Assembly (NCBI GenBank): GCA_043813585.1
Contig: JBDRKW010000020.1
Span: forward strand, 1,185-65,184
Length of the DNA: 64,000 nt
DNA from: Candidatus Kerfeldbacteria bacterium
Lineage (GTDB): Bacteria > Patescibacteriota > Patescibacteriia > UBA9570 > XYC2-FULL-38-9
Reading direction: 5' to 3'
Numbering within the stretch: the stretch's first letter is position 1; each line of letters begins with the position of its first letter. Positions 7,242 to 17,167 of the stretch are shown in pieces. The notes beneath the pieces were generated by a model. The model was not told where the DNA came from. It saw only the letters and a program-made list of their open reading frames with translations, and searched no databases. The position numbers and the translations under genes were made by a program.

Positions 7242-9285
7242 CCGCTCCATAGGAAGCGTTGTTGCTGTATGCATTTGTGCAGCAGCATTTTTTGGAATGA
7301 GCGCTTTTCCGGCTGCTGCTGCGCGGCCTGATGATGCGCCGAAAATCGTGAACTGGAATTTTTCCTGGGGGGTTGAATCCAAGGAGCAAGCCGAAGAGCT
7401 GGCGCAGTGGGACGTTTTGATTATTGATATTGAAGCTGCGCTCTATACGCCGAAGCGGCTGGAATACATCAAAGAGCTGAATCCAAATATCAAGCTGCTC
7501 GCGTATGTTTCCATATCGGATATCCGCAAGGACGCGCACACGCTGGACGCGGGAACATCTCGACGGTACCTCGGAACCATTCTCCAGGAGCACCCTGACT
7601 GGATCCTGCGCGACACCGGCGGCAACCCGGTGGAGTGGTGGCCTGGCAATTACATCTGCAACCTCTCCAACAAGGCGCCTGTGCATGACGGCGCCAGGAT
7701 CAATGACATCTTTGCGCGGTTTGTCCGCGACTGGGTCATAAAGGAAAAAATCTGGGACGGCGTGTTTATTGACAACCTCTATGAAGGCATCTCGTTTGCG
7801 GGCGCGCAAATAGACCTGGACCAGGACGGCGTGGCAGAGTCGGCAGCCGACGTGAACGCGAAATGGCGAAAAGGCGTGCGCTCGTCACTCAAGCAGATAA
7901 AAACCTACGCGCGCAACAACCGGAAGAAGTTCATCATCACCGGAAATGGCGGTGCATTGTATGACGAGCAGGTTAATGGCATCGGGCTGGAACATTTTCC
8001 AAAAACCACCTACGGCAAATGGACGAAATCCATGAAGAAATATTACTTCATCATGGAAAATGGCGTGCCGGCCCAGTACGCGTTCATCAACACAAACTCA
8101 AGTAACAAAGACGGTAGGACGCAGTACAAGAAATTCCGCTACGGACTGATGTCGTCGCTTCTTAACGACGGGTATTACAGTTTTGACAAAGGCGACCTAA
8201 GCCACGCGGAACAGTGGTGGTACGATGAATACGAAGTGTCGCTCGGCGACCCGGTCAGCGGCGCGTATAACCTGCTGCGGCCGGATGACCCGACTGCGCT
8301 GCGCAAAGGGGTGTGGCGGCGCGATTTTGAAAACGCAAGCGTGTTTGTGAACTCAACAAGCGAGAAGCAGACGATTACGCTGAACATGGGGTATGAGAAA
8401 ATCCACGGAACCCAGGCGGTAGATGTGAACTCCGGCGAAAACGTCGGTAGCATTACGATTAACGCTCATGACGGCATCATACTGCTGCGACGCCTGACGC
8501 AGGTGCGCGACGCAACGTTCATAAACGGCGCGTTCTCAAAAGTGTTCGGCTATAAGGGCCGGCAGCAGCGCAACAGCTTCTTTGCATACGACGGAAGTTT
8601 TGCCGGCGGAACGCAGATCCATAAAATTTCGCGCAACGGGAAGACGGTTGTCGCGGACAACACCTGGGTGCGGGTGTACGACAGCCGGAATAACCAGATT
8701 GCCGCCTTTGCGCCGTACGGCGACGGATACGCCGGCGGGGTGAATATCGCCGTGGGCGCGCTGTACGGCGGAAAGAAAAAATATGTCGTAACCGGGAATA
8801 AAACCGGCACAGCGTTTGTGCGCATCTGGGATTTGAAAGGGAACCTGGTCCACAGCGGCTGCGTTCCGTACGGTTCGTTTGCCGGCGGAGTGAATGTGGG
8901 CGTTGGCAACCTCAGCGGCAACAAGCAGCTGGAGATTGTAGTTGCGGCCGGCTATGGCGGCGGTCCGCACATTCGGGTACTGGATAATCATTGCAACCTG
9001 ATCAATCCGGGCTTTTTCGCGTTCCCCAGCGAATGGCGCATTGGCGTGAATATTGCGGTCGGCGACCTGGACGGAAACGGCACGGCTGAAATCATCGCGG
9101 CGCCCGGTCCGGGCGGCGGCCCGCACGTGCGCATCTTCGATAATAACGGGACGCTGTTGTCACCTGGCTTTTTCGCGTATGATGAATCTGACCGGAGCGG
9201 CGTACTCGTGACGACCGCGGATATTGACGGGGACGGGGACGACGAGATCGTGACGAACAGTTTCTCTATCTTTAACCAGCTGTAA
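7204..9285 (+). CDS. secreted protein with a glycoside-hydrolase-like TIM-barrel domain (tentatively GH114/GHL-type) and C-terminal FG-GAP/beta-propeller repeats
   Basis: The start was re-assigned to MKQPR at 7204 (track 7135), giving a signal peptide (..AAFFGMSAFPAAAARP). The C-terminal half has repeated FG-GAP-like units (GDLDGNGTAEIIAAPGPGGGPHVRIFD; GNKQLEIVVAAGYGGGPHIRVLD). The GH assignment of the N-terminal domain is tentative. Confidence 0.55.
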   Translation: MKQPRIAQPRNSNRSIGSVVAVCICAAAFFGMSAFPAAAARPDDAPKIVNWNFSWGVESKEQAEELAQWDVLIIDIEAALYTPKRLEYIKELNPNIKLLAYVSISDIRKDAHTLDAGTSRRYLGTILQEHPDWILRDTGGNPVEWWPGNYICNLSNKAPVHDGARINDIFARFVRDWVIKEKIWDGVFIDNLYEGISFAGAQIDLDQDGVAESAADVNAKWRKGVRSSLKQIKTYARNNRKKFIITGNGGALYDEQVNGIGLEHFPKTTYGKWTKSMKKYYFIMENGVPAQYAFINTNSSNKDGRTQYKKFRYGLMSSLLNDGYYSFDKGDLSHAEQWWYDEYEVSLGDPVSGAYNLLRPDDPTALRKGVWRRDFENASVFVNSTSEKQTITLNMGYEKIHGTQAVDVNSGENVGSITINAHDGIILLRRLTQVRDATFINGAFSKVFGYKGRQQRNSFFAYDGSFAGGTQIHKISRNGKTVVADNTWVRVYDSRNNQIAAFAPYGDGYAGGVNIAVGALYGGKKKYVVTGNKTGTAFVRIWDLKGNLVHSGCVPYGSFAGGVNVGVGNLSGNKQLEIVVAAGYGGGPHIRVLDNHCNLINPGFFAFPSEWRIGVNIAVGDLDGNGTAEIIAAPGPGGGPHVRIFDNNGTLLSPGFFAYDESDRSGVLVTTADIDGDGDDEIVTNSFSIFNQL

Positions 9286-9286
9286 T

Positions 9287-11125
9287 ATGCGCATGGAACA
9301 GCCACAACTTCCGTTCCACCACCGGCATTTCCCGCACTTCATCAAGTGGGGGAAGGCGTTCGGGTGGAAATTTGCGCACCTCTACCTGCCGTTCGTCATC
9401 CATTACATGACGGACAAGTATGAGGACAGGCGCCACCACGTTGTCATCGATACGATCTATGCCGTCATTACCTTTGTTCTTGTGGCAGCCAATATCGGGC
9501 TGGGTGTATGGTATTTGAACTATTTTACGCCGGCGGACCTCGACGTGCGCGTCTTCACTGCCGCAGAGGTCGTGAGCGGGGAGCCCACCGACGTCGTGGT
9601 TTCATATGTGAACGGCGGTCAGGTTATTGAGAATGTAAAAATCGATGTTTATCTGCCGGAGGGATTTGTTCCGGCAGCGCAAAACAACGCGCCGCTTCAT
9701 GCGGAGCTCGGAACCATGGATAAGGGTGATACGGGCCGGATAGACCTGAGCGGAGTTGTCTTTGGAAGTATCGGCAAGAGCTACGAAGTCCGCGTGCTGA
9801 CGACCTATACCTCGATCGGCCGGGAATGGCATGAGGTGACGGAGTACACCTTCATTGTGGTTGATTCTTCGCTTGTCGTGTCGGTGGAGTTTCCGGAAAC
9901 GGTCGCCTACGGCATGCCGGTGCAGGGCGTCATTACGTACAACAACAAGAGCCGCATCAGCCGCAAAGATACGCAATTTGAGTTCCGGCTGCCTTCGCAG
10001 TTTGTACTGACATCCATCACCCATAAGAAGCACGAGTTATATTATGATGCAGGAAGCAATTCCGTGAGCCTGCCGCTTATCAAGGGCAACAGCAAAGGCA
10101 CAATTCTGGTGAACGGTTATTTCCGCCAGGTCTATGGCGAAGATGAATCGGGCGACCAGTCAATTGAACTGGGTGTGTCCGTCACCAGCGGCATCGAGAG
10201 CGACCTGATAGAAACGATCGAACCGTTCTTTGAAGGCCAGAGCGGCGACAGTCTTGCAGTCGTTGAACCGCGGGTCTTTTTGGGGATGACGGGATCTTCT
10301 GCTTTGGATTTTGGCGAGACCGGGGTGTACACCGTATCTGTCCGCAACAGGGGGGATTGGGACATGGATAATGTGCAGCTTGTCGCAGACGTTATTGGTG
10401 CGGCTATGGTGCCGTCCGGTGCCACCGCAACACTGACGTCGCCTTCAGGCACGATCTACCATAGCGTGCCGTCTGCTGGTTCGCGTATTACGTTGCCGGT
10501 TATCAGTTCATTGAAGAAAGGGGAGGCGGCAACGATGACGCTTCGTATTCCAACCCAGGTTGTCGACGGGCAGCAGATAACGTCAGCCGTCACCGTTTCC
10601 GGGCAGGCGCATTCGCCGGATATTGATACGAATATTCCGATCGCGTCCGTGTCGGCAGAAACGCGCTTTAATTCAAGAACCGCATTTGCCGGCTACACAA
10701 TTTACTTTGGCCCGAACAATGAGCAGATCGGCTACGGCCCGTACCCGCCGCAGGCATGGCAGACAACAGCGCTGCGTGCGGCGTTCTCGCTGCAGAACCT
10801 GAACAACCGGCTGGAGAACGTCACCATCCGCACCACACTGCCTTCGCAGGTGGAATGGACCGGCTTCTTCAGCGTGACTGCGGGAACGACGCTGCATTGG
10901 GATCCGGCAGGCCGCACCGTTACGTGGAACATACCGGGCCTGGAACCGCAGCAGTCATCATACGGCGCCCAGTTTGAAGTCCGCTTTACGCCCAACCATG
11001 AACAGGTCGGTTTGCAGCCGTGGATCGTTGGCCAGTCGACACTCACGGCAACAGACAGCTTCACAGGGAAAGGAATTTCCCGGTATTTGGGACCAGTGGT
11101 GATTCCTGTTGCTGTAGTGGAATAA
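9287..11125 (+). CDS. membrane-anchored surface protein with repeated beta-sandwich (DUF11/CARDB-like) domains
   Basis: The protein has a single N-terminal TM helix (VITFVLVAANIGLGVWYL). Segments of about 100 aa recur, rich in T/S/V (e.g. GVYTVSVRNRGDWDMDNVQLVADV). No catalytic motif was recognised. Confidence 0.5.
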   Translation: MRMEQPQLPFHHRHFPHFIKWGKAFGWKFAHLYLPFVIHYMTDKYEDRRHHVVIDTIYAVITFVLVAANIGLGVWYLNYFTPADLDVRVFTAAEVVSGEPTDVVVSYVNGGQVIENVKIDVYLPEGFVPAAQNNAPLHAELGTMDKGDTGRIDLSGVVFGSIGKSYEVRVLTTYTSIGREWHEVTEYTFIVVDSSLVVSVEFPETVAYGMPVQGVITYNNKSRISRKDTQFEFRLPSQFVLTSITHKKHELYYDAGSNSVSLPLIKGNSKGTILVNGYFRQVYGEDESGDQSIELGVSVTSGIESDLIETIEPFFEGQSGDSLAVVEPRVFLGMTGSSALDFGETGVYTVSVRNRGDWDMDNVQLVADVIGAAMVPSGATATLTSPSGTIYHSVPSAGSRITLPVISSLKKGEAATMTLRIPTQVVDGQQITSAVTVSGQAHSPDIDTNIPIASVSAETRFNSRTAFAGYTIYFGPNNEQIGYGPYPPQAWQTTALRAAFSLQNLNNRLENVTIRTTLPSQVEWTGFFSVTAGTTLHWDPAGRTVTWNIPGLEPQQSSYGAQFEVRFTPNHEQVGLQPWIVGQSTLTATDSFTGKGISRYLGPVVIPVAVVE

Positions 11126-11142
11126 ACTGGGATAAAAAATAT

Positions 11143-11172
11143 AATACCGCTAATATTAGCGGTATTTTTAAT
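11143..11172 (+). terminator. rho-independent terminator after the surface protein gene
   Basis: A perfect 24-nt palindrome AATACCGCTAAT|ATTAGCGGTATT is followed by TTTTAATATTTT. Confidence 0.7.
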
Positions 11173-11226
11173 ATTTTGAGCTCATTTTGGACTGTTTTTA
11201 TTGCACTATTGTCCCACCGGCTCCTA

Positions 11227-11255
11227 TTGACAAAAACGTGATTCTATGCTAATTT
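11227..11255 (+). promoter_or_regulatory. candidate promoter (TTGACA-N17-TAATTT)
   Basis: A -35 consensus hexamer is present, but the -10 is weak. It lies about 90 nt upstream of the GT4 gene at 11348. Confidence 0.3.
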
Positions 11256-11347
11256 GTACGGTCTTGCTTATTGGGCAGACACTCGGGCGATGAATGCTAA
11301 AGCGCCTGAATGAACACATACACTTTATCTAACGAGAACCCACGCAT

Positions 11348-12517
11348 ATGAAAGTCGCAATGCTAGGACACAAAGGAATCCCTGCCACCTATGGTGGTGT
11401 GGAGGTCCACGTTGACCATCTCAGTCAGCGTCTTTCGGATATGGGGTACGAAGTGTTGGCCTATGCCCGTCCGTATTATGTAAAGAAGGACGTTGCAGAA
11501 CGGTTCAATAAGCAGAATAAGAATATTCGCGTTATCACGGTGCCGACCGTCAAGTCGAAGCACCTGGATACGATTGTCCATACCTTCCTGTCAACGCTGC
11601 ATGCAATGAAAGAGAACGTGGATGTGTACCACTTCCACAGCGTCGGCCCGTCGCTTCTGGCGTGGCTGCCGCGGCTGTTCCGTCCGCATGCCCGCGTTGT
11701 GTGTACGTTCCATAGCCCGGACCGTCTCCACCAGAAATGGGGAACGTTTGCCCGGACCGTACTAACTATCGGCGAACGCACCAGCCTTATCTTTGCGCAT
11801 AAGACCATCACTGTTTCACGCGACCTGCAGCGGTACTGCCGCGAGCGGTACTTTAAGCAGGCGGTCTACATTCCGAACGGCGTGGACGAGGTGCAGAACG
11901 TGAAGCCGTCGCTGATCTCTGCCGAGTACGGACTGAATGAAAAAGATTATATCGTGGTTGTCTCGCGCCTCGTGCGCCATAAAGGCATCCATTTCCTCAT
12001 CAAGGCGTTCAAGCAGCAGAATACGGAAAAGAAACTGGTGATTGTCGGCGACTCGGCCTATACGGACGATTACGTCGCTGAACTGAAACAGCTGGCCGGC
12101 AACGACTCGCGAATCATCTTCACCGGCTTCCAGTCGGGGAAGATGCTGACCGAACTGTTCTCGAATGCCTACCTGTATGTCCAGCCGTCAGAGTCCGAAG
12201 GGCTCTGCGTGGCGGTTCTGGAGGCGGGAAGCTACGGCCTGCCCGTGCTTGCCAGCGATATCCCGAGCAACGCAGAGGTTGTACTGGACCGCGGATTCAT
12301 GTTTGAAAACGCAAGCGTCCAGGACCTCTCGGAAAAGCTCGGATATGTGCTGAACCATCCGGAAGAGGCCGAAGAGGCCGGCAAGCAGCTGCGCGCGCAT
12401 GTTGCGGAAAAATACAACTGGGATCGCATCAGCAAGGAAACAACCCTTGTTTACGAAAGCGCAACCCCGAGCGTGATTGGCGCAGAAGCCGAAGAGGTGG
12501 CAGAATCAAACGCATAA
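11348..12517 (+). CDS. glycosyltransferase, family 4 (GT-B fold)
   Basis: The protein has a GT4 motif (ESEGLCVAVLEAGSYGLPVLASDIPSNAEVV). Confidence 0.85.
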   Translation: MKVAMLGHKGIPATYGGVEVHVDHLSQRLSDMGYEVLAYARPYYVKKDVAERFNKQNKNIRVITVPTVKSKHLDTIVHTFLSTLHAMKENVDVYHFHSVGPSLLAWLPRLFRPHARVVCTFHSPDRLHQKWGTFARTVLTIGERTSLIFAHKTITVSRDLQRYCRERYFKQAVYIPNGVDEVQNVKPSLISAEYGLNEKDYIVVVSRLVRHKGIHFLIKAFKQQNTEKKLVIVGDSAYTDDYVAELKQLAGNDSRIIFTGFQSGKMLTELFSNAYLYVQPSESEGLCVAVLEAGSYGLPVLASDIPSNAEVVLDRGFMFENASVQDLSEKLGYVLNHPEEAEEAGKQLRAHVAEKYNWDRISKETTLVYESATPSVIGAEAEEVAESNA

Positions 12518-12531
12518 ATAAATAGAGCGGA

Positions 12532-12563
12532 CCGTCGGTCGAAATGACCGGCGGTTTTCGTTT
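12532..12563 (+). terminator. rho-independent terminator
   Basis: A 9-bp stem CCGTCGGTC-gaaat-GACCGGCGG (with one G-U pair) is followed by TTTTCGTTT. Confidence 0.55.
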
Positions 12564-12606
12564 ACAGCAACCGGAGAATCTGGTAGAGTAATCACGATTT
12601 ACACTT

Positions 12607-13029
12607 ATGAAGAAAGCGTTTTTCCAGCTTATTCGGTTTGGCGTCGTTGGTACCGCCAACACCGCCATTGATGCCTTAGTCTATGTCGCCCTCACCCGCT
12701 CGGTCGGTTTTTTTGAGCAACACTATTTATGGGCCGCGGTCATCGCATTTATCGTTTCCGGGATAAACAGTTTTTTCTGGAACAAGAAATGGACATTCAA
12801 AGACCGGGTGAAATACACAAACAGAAAACTGCTGAAATTTTATATCGCCGCAGGCGTTGCGCTTGCCGTGAACGCCTTCTTTCTGTGGTTTTTTGTTCAG
12901 CTTGGCGTGTGGGATGTGGCGGCGAAGGTCATTGGCGGTGTTTGTGCCGGGCTCGTTAACTTCAGCCTGCAAAAATTTTGGACCTTTCCAGCAGTTGTAA
13001 AAAAGGATGAAAATAAGTATAATGATTGA
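12607..13029 (+). CDS. GtrA-family membrane protein (polyprenol-phosphate-sugar translocation accessory)
   Basis: The protein is 140 aa with 4 TM helices and the GtrA-like N-terminus FGVVGTANTAIDALVYVAL. It is immediately followed by, and overlaps, a GT2 polyprenol-phosphate glycosyltransferase gene; this is the classic GtrA/GtrB arrangement. Confidence 0.7.
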   Translation: MKKAFFQLIRFGVVGTANTAIDALVYVALTRSVGFFEQHYLWAAVIAFIVSGINSFFWNKKWTFKDRVKYTNRKLLKFYIAAGVALAVNAFFLWFFVQLGVWDVAAKVIGGVCAGLVNFSLQKFWTFPAVVKKDENKYND

Positions 13030-13735
13030 AGATCTTTCAATAATCATACCTGCGTACAACGAGGAGAAGCGCATCATGCCAACACTGCGCAAACTCCGCG
13101 AGTTTACTGACGAAAGCGGCATTGATACGGAGATTATCGTGGTGAATGACGGGTCGACTGACCGGACATCTGCGGTAATACGATCGCTAAACATGCCGTT
13201 GGTCCGCGTTGTGGAGCTTCCGAAAAACAGCGGCAAGTTCGCTGCGGTGAAACGCGGTTTTGAGGAAGCGGAAAAGTCGTGGGTGCTGCTGTACGACGCT
13301 GACGGTGCCGCGCCGATTTCTGCGCTTAAAACAGTGGAACCGCACACGGAAGAAGCGGAATGCGTCATCGGATCGCGTGCGATGGCTTCGTCAAAGATCA
13401 TGCAGACCCAGAAATGGTGGCGGACCGCTCTTGGCCGCATCGGAAACCGCGTTATCCGCGCGTTCACCGGACTGCCGTATGCAGACACGCAGTGCGGGTT
13501 CAAGCTCATTCGTTCTGATCTTGCCAAGCGGGCTGCCGATGTCATGTCTATTGACGGGTTTGCCGGCGATGTTGAACTGCTGCACATTATCAGGCTGCAC
13601 GGCGGGAGAGTGAGGGAAGTCGGCATCGAGTGGCACGATGTCCCGGTCAGCACGGTCACGTTTACGGATTATTTCAAGACGCTCGGAGAACTGCTTCGCA
13701 TAAAACGAAATATAAAAAAAGAAATTTACAAATAG
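13007..13735 (+). CDS. glycosyltransferase family 2, dolichol/polyprenol-phosphate sugar synthase-like
   Basis: The N-terminus reads LSIIIPAYNEEKRI...VVNDGSTDRT (GT2 DxD region). The protein is 242 aa and soluble, as in DPM1-like enzymes. Confidence 0.8.
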   Translation: MKISIMIEDLSIIIPAYNEEKRIMPTLRKLREFTDESGIDTEIIVVNDGSTDRTSAVIRSLNMPLVRVVELPKNSGKFAAVKRGFEEAEKSWVLLYDADGAAPISALKTVEPHTEEAECVIGSRAMASSKIMQTQKWWRTALGRIGNRVIRAFTGLPYADTQCGFKLIRSDLAKRAADVMSIDGFAGDVELLHIIRLHGGRVREVGIEWHDVPVSTVTFTDYFKTLGELLRIKRNIKKEIYK

Positions 13736-13738
13736 CAT

Positions 13739-14800
13739 ATGCAAACACGAGATGTCATATTTGAAAAAAGGAACGTACTTGTCATCGGAGGCGCGGGATT
13801 TATAGGGTCGCACCTGTGTGATGAGCTGATAAAGACATCAAAGGTGATCTGCCTGGACAATTATGCCAGCGGCAGCGTGGCGAACATCTCGCACATTCTG
13901 CAGAACCCGAATTTCATTTTCCTGCGCCATGATATTACGAAGCCCATTGACCTGGCGTCATTTAAAGAGCTTGAACTCTTTCAGATCAAATTCCAGGGCA
14001 TCCAGGAGGTCTATTACCTGGCGTGTCCGACCGTGCAGAAAGGATTTGAAGAATTTATGGTGGATACGGCAAAGGCAAATTCAGTCGGCGTGGTAAATGC
14101 GCTGGGCATTGCGCGCAAGTATAATGCGAAATTTTTGTTTACGTCGACGCGGTCCGTATATGGCGATCCGCTGGAAGGCCAGGACTCGTTCCAGGAAGAT
14201 TACTGGGGGTTTGTCGACGCGCTGAGCGACCGTGCGTGCTATAACGAAGGAAAGCGGTTCGCAGAAACGCTGGTGATGACGTACAACCGCACCTATAACA
14301 TGAATACGAAAATTGCGCGCATATTCAACACGTACGGGCCGCGCATGCTGCTGCAGTCCGGCCGCATGATTCCCGATTTTGTCGAAGCGGCGATTGAAAA
14401 CCAGGACCTTGAGATTTACGGAGACGGTTCTGCCGAAGACAGCTATTGTTATGTGGATGACATGATCCAGGGTATTGTCGAGCTAATGAACAGCGACGTT
14501 AACGACCCGGTTAACCTTGGCGACCCGCAGCCGTTTAAAATTATTGATATCGCAAAAAAAATCACAGAGCTGGTGGGCTCAAAATCGAATACTGTATTTG
14601 CGGAAGAGTTAACAGGCCTGGTGCGGTTCGCCCCGCCCGATATTGAGCGGGCAAAGAAGTACCTGGGATGGTTTCCGGTAACGGAGCTGGAAACAGGGTT
14701 GCAGCGCACGGTGGAAGACATGCAGGGTTCGCGCGTGCTGTCGTACCAGTCCATTAAGCAGGCGGGACAGGCAGAAGATACGCAACAGTCGGAAATATGA
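13739..14800 (+). CDS. uxs: UDP-glucuronate decarboxylase (UDP-xylose synthase), extended SDR
   Basis: The protein has a Rossmann motif GGAGFIGSHLCDEL and the UXS-type catalytic motif YNEGKRFAETL. ugd lies 1 kb downstream. Confidence 0.75.
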   Translation: MQTRDVIFEKRNVLVIGGAGFIGSHLCDELIKTSKVICLDNYASGSVANISHILQNPNFIFLRHDITKPIDLASFKELELFQIKFQGIQEVYYLACPTVQKGFEEFMVDTAKANSVGVVNALGIARKYNAKFLFTSTRSVYGDPLEGQDSFQEDYWGFVDALSDRACYNEGKRFAETLVMTYNRTYNMNTKIARIFNTYGPRMLLQSGRMIPDFVEAAIENQDLEIYGDGSAEDSYCYVDDMIQGIVELMNSDVNDPVNLGDPQPFKIIDIAKKITELVGSKSNTVFAEELTGLVRFAPPDIERAKKYLGWFPVTELETGLQRTVEDMQGSRVLSYQSIKQAGQAEDTQQSEI

Positions 14801-15744
14801 ACATACTCGTTACCGGAGGGGCAGGGTTTATCGGTTCGCATCTTGTTGATGCGCTGGTCAAGAACGGATCCCACAACGTCACGGTTGTCGATGATTTGTC
14901 GTACGGGCACAAGGAGTTCCTTCCCAAGGAGGCGGCGTTCATCAAGGCAAGCATCACCAGCACGAAGATTGAAAAGATCATCGGAAAAGGCAAGTTCGAC
15001 GCAATCTACCATTGCGCCGCGCAAAAAGGGGTCCGGCCGTCGCTGGAGAACCCGTTATTTGACGCTGAACAAAATGTTATTGGATTGCTTCGTTTGATGG
15101 AAGCGGCGCACACGCACGGCGTACGATCGGTGGTATTCACCTCTTCCGGCGGAACGGTGTACGGAGACGCGGAACAGATCCCAACGCCGGAATCGGCTCC
15201 GTTGAACCCGGAAAGCCCGTATGCCATCACGAAAGTTGCCGGCGAGCAGTATTTGAAATTCTATGCAAAGCGATATCAGATGAACTGCGTTTCGCTCCGG
15301 CTGGCGAATGTGTATGGCCCGCGCCAGGACCCGAAAGGGGAAGCCGGCGTTGTGGCGATTTTCTTCAATGCAGTGTTAAACGAACAGCCGATCACTATTT
15401 TTGGCGACGGTAAGCAGACGCGCGATTATATTTACGTCGATGACGTGATCAGCGCATTTCTTGCGGTACAGGCAAAACTGGAGCAGGGTTCAGTTTCCGG
15501 CGAGTATAATGTCGGGACAGGTGTTGAAACCGACGTCAACCGGATCGCGGCAGTAGTACAGGAAGCAGTGGGCGCAACAACTGAGCTCGTGTATGCAGAC
15601 GCGGTTCCGGGCGAGATTCGCAGGAGCGCATTGCTGGCCGGTGCCTTTGCGAGCGACTTTGCGTGGAAGGCAGAAACAACAGTTGAAAACGGCGTAAAAA
15701 AAAGCTACCAATGGTTCAACGAGCAGCACACAGCCGGGAGTTGA
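14797..15744 (+). CDS. NAD-dependent nucleotide-sugar epimerase (GalE-like, extended SDR)
   Basis: The protein has GGAGFIGSHLVDALV and a YxxxK motif (YAITKVAGEQY). There is a 4-nt overlap with the upstream gene. Confidence 0.8.
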   Translation: MNILVTGGAGFIGSHLVDALVKNGSHNVTVVDDLSYGHKEFLPKEAAFIKASITSTKIEKIIGKGKFDAIYHCAAQKGVRPSLENPLFDAEQNVIGLLRLMEAAHTHGVRSVVFTSSGGTVYGDAEQIPTPESAPLNPESPYAITKVAGEQYLKFYAKRYQMNCVSLRLANVYGPRQDPKGEAGVVAIFFNAVLNEQPITIFGDGKQTRDYIYVDDVISAFLAVQAKLEQGSVSGEYNVGTGVETDVNRIAAVVQEAVGATTELVYADAVPGEIRRSALLAGAFASDFAWKAETTVENGVKKSYQWFNEQHTAGS

Positions 15745-15854
15745 CTTTAGAGTGCAAATACAGTACCGTAATACTGCAAAAAAGGTTAAAAAATTGGGAT
15801 ATTCCCGTATTTTTTTGCGAAAAACGCGTTAGATAAAAAAATGAATATCAGGAT

Positions 15855-17162
15855 ATGAATATCGTAGTTGTAGGAACAGGATACGTCGGTCTCGTGTCAG
15901 GCACCTGCCTGTCGGAAGTGGGCAATGACGTAACATGTGTCGACATCGATGAGGAGAAAATCAGGAAATTGGAACAGGGGGAAATTCCGATTTACGAACC
16001 GGGCCTTTCGGCCATGGTTACAAGCAACGTAAAAGCTGGGAGACTTAAATTTACGTCATCTTTGGTCAGCGTATTGGATGACGCGGAAGCGGTCTTTATC
16101 GCGGTCGGTACGCCGTCGCGCGAAGACGGCCACGCTGATTTGCAGTATGTCTATGCGGTTGCCGAACAGATAGGGAAAAATATCAAGAACTACAAGGTGA
16201 TCGTCAACAAAAGCACCGTTCCGGTCGGGACGGGCGTGGAGGTTGAGGACATTATCAAGAAATATTATTCCGGAGAGTTCGACGTCGTATCGTGCCCGGA
16301 GTTTTTGCGCGAAGGGTCAGCAGTGGAAGATTTCATGAAGCCGGACCGCGTCGTGCTCGGCGTGCGGACGGACAAGGCGGCGAAAATCATGCTGGACGTC
16401 TTCCGCGGCATCCGCGGCGAGAAGCTGGTGACCACGGTGGAAAGTTCCGAGCTGATTAAATACGCATCAAACGCGTTCCTCGCGACCAAGATTTCATTTG
16501 TGAACGAGATTGCGCATATTTGCGAACGCTCTGGCGCCGACATTGAAGAAGTCGCCTACGGCGTCGGCCTGGACAAGCGCATCGGGCCGCGGTTTCTGAA
16601 GGCCGGCATCGGCTGGGGCGGTTCCTGCTTTCCAAAGGACGTCGAGGCGCTCGACCAGATGGCCGGCATATACGGGTATGACTTCAAGCTGCTCAAGGCA
16701 GTCATTGAGGTGAACAACCACCAGCGTGCTCATATGGTGGACCTGATCAAGAAGCACTTTGGCGGTTCTATCCAGGGCAAGACCATCGGCGTGCTTGGCC
16801 TGGCGTTCAAGAGCGACACGGACGATGTTCGCGAGTCGGCGGCGCTGGATATCATCAAGCTGCTGCGCAATGAAGGCGCGCACATCAAGGCGTTTGACTT
16901 TGAAGCGACAGAAACGGCAAAGAAAGTCCTTGGTAACGGCGAGATCGAATATATGCAGGACCCGTATGAAGTGACGACAGGCGCTGATGCGCTGTTGATA
17001 GCCACAGAATGGCCGCAGTTTGCCGAGTTGGACTGGGACAAGGTCAAAGCCGGTTTGAACGCTCCTGTCCTGTTTGACGGCCGCAACCTCCTGAACCCGA
17101 AACGGATGCGGGAGCAGGGCTTTACCTACTATTGCATCGGCCGGGCAAGCGGCGCGCACTAA
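15855..17162 (+). CDS. ugd: UDP-glucose 6-dehydrogenase
   Basis: The N-terminus VVGTGYVGLVSGTCLSEVG is NAD-binding, and the catalytic Cys region GGSCFPKD is present. The length is typical. Confidence 0.9.
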   Translation: MNIVVVGTGYVGLVSGTCLSEVGNDVTCVDIDEEKIRKLEQGEIPIYEPGLSAMVTSNVKAGRLKFTSSLVSVLDDAEAVFIAVGTPSREDGHADLQYVYAVAEQIGKNIKNYKVIVNKSTVPVGTGVEVEDIIKKYYSGEFDVVSCPEFLREGSAVEDFMKPDRVVLGVRTDKAAKIMLDVFRGIRGEKLVTTVESSELIKYASNAFLATKISFVNEIAHICERSGADIEEVAYGVGLDKRIGPRFLKAGIGWGGSCFPKDVEALDQMAGIYGYDFKLLKAVIEVNNHQRAHMVDLIKKHFGGSIQGKTIGVLGLAFKSDTDDVRESAALDIIKLLRNEGAHIKAFDFEATETAKKVLGNGEIEYMQDPYEVTTGADALLIATEWPQFAELDWDKVKAGLNAPVLFDGRNLLNPKRMREQGFTYYCIGRASGAH

Positions 17163-17167
17163 CCGAC

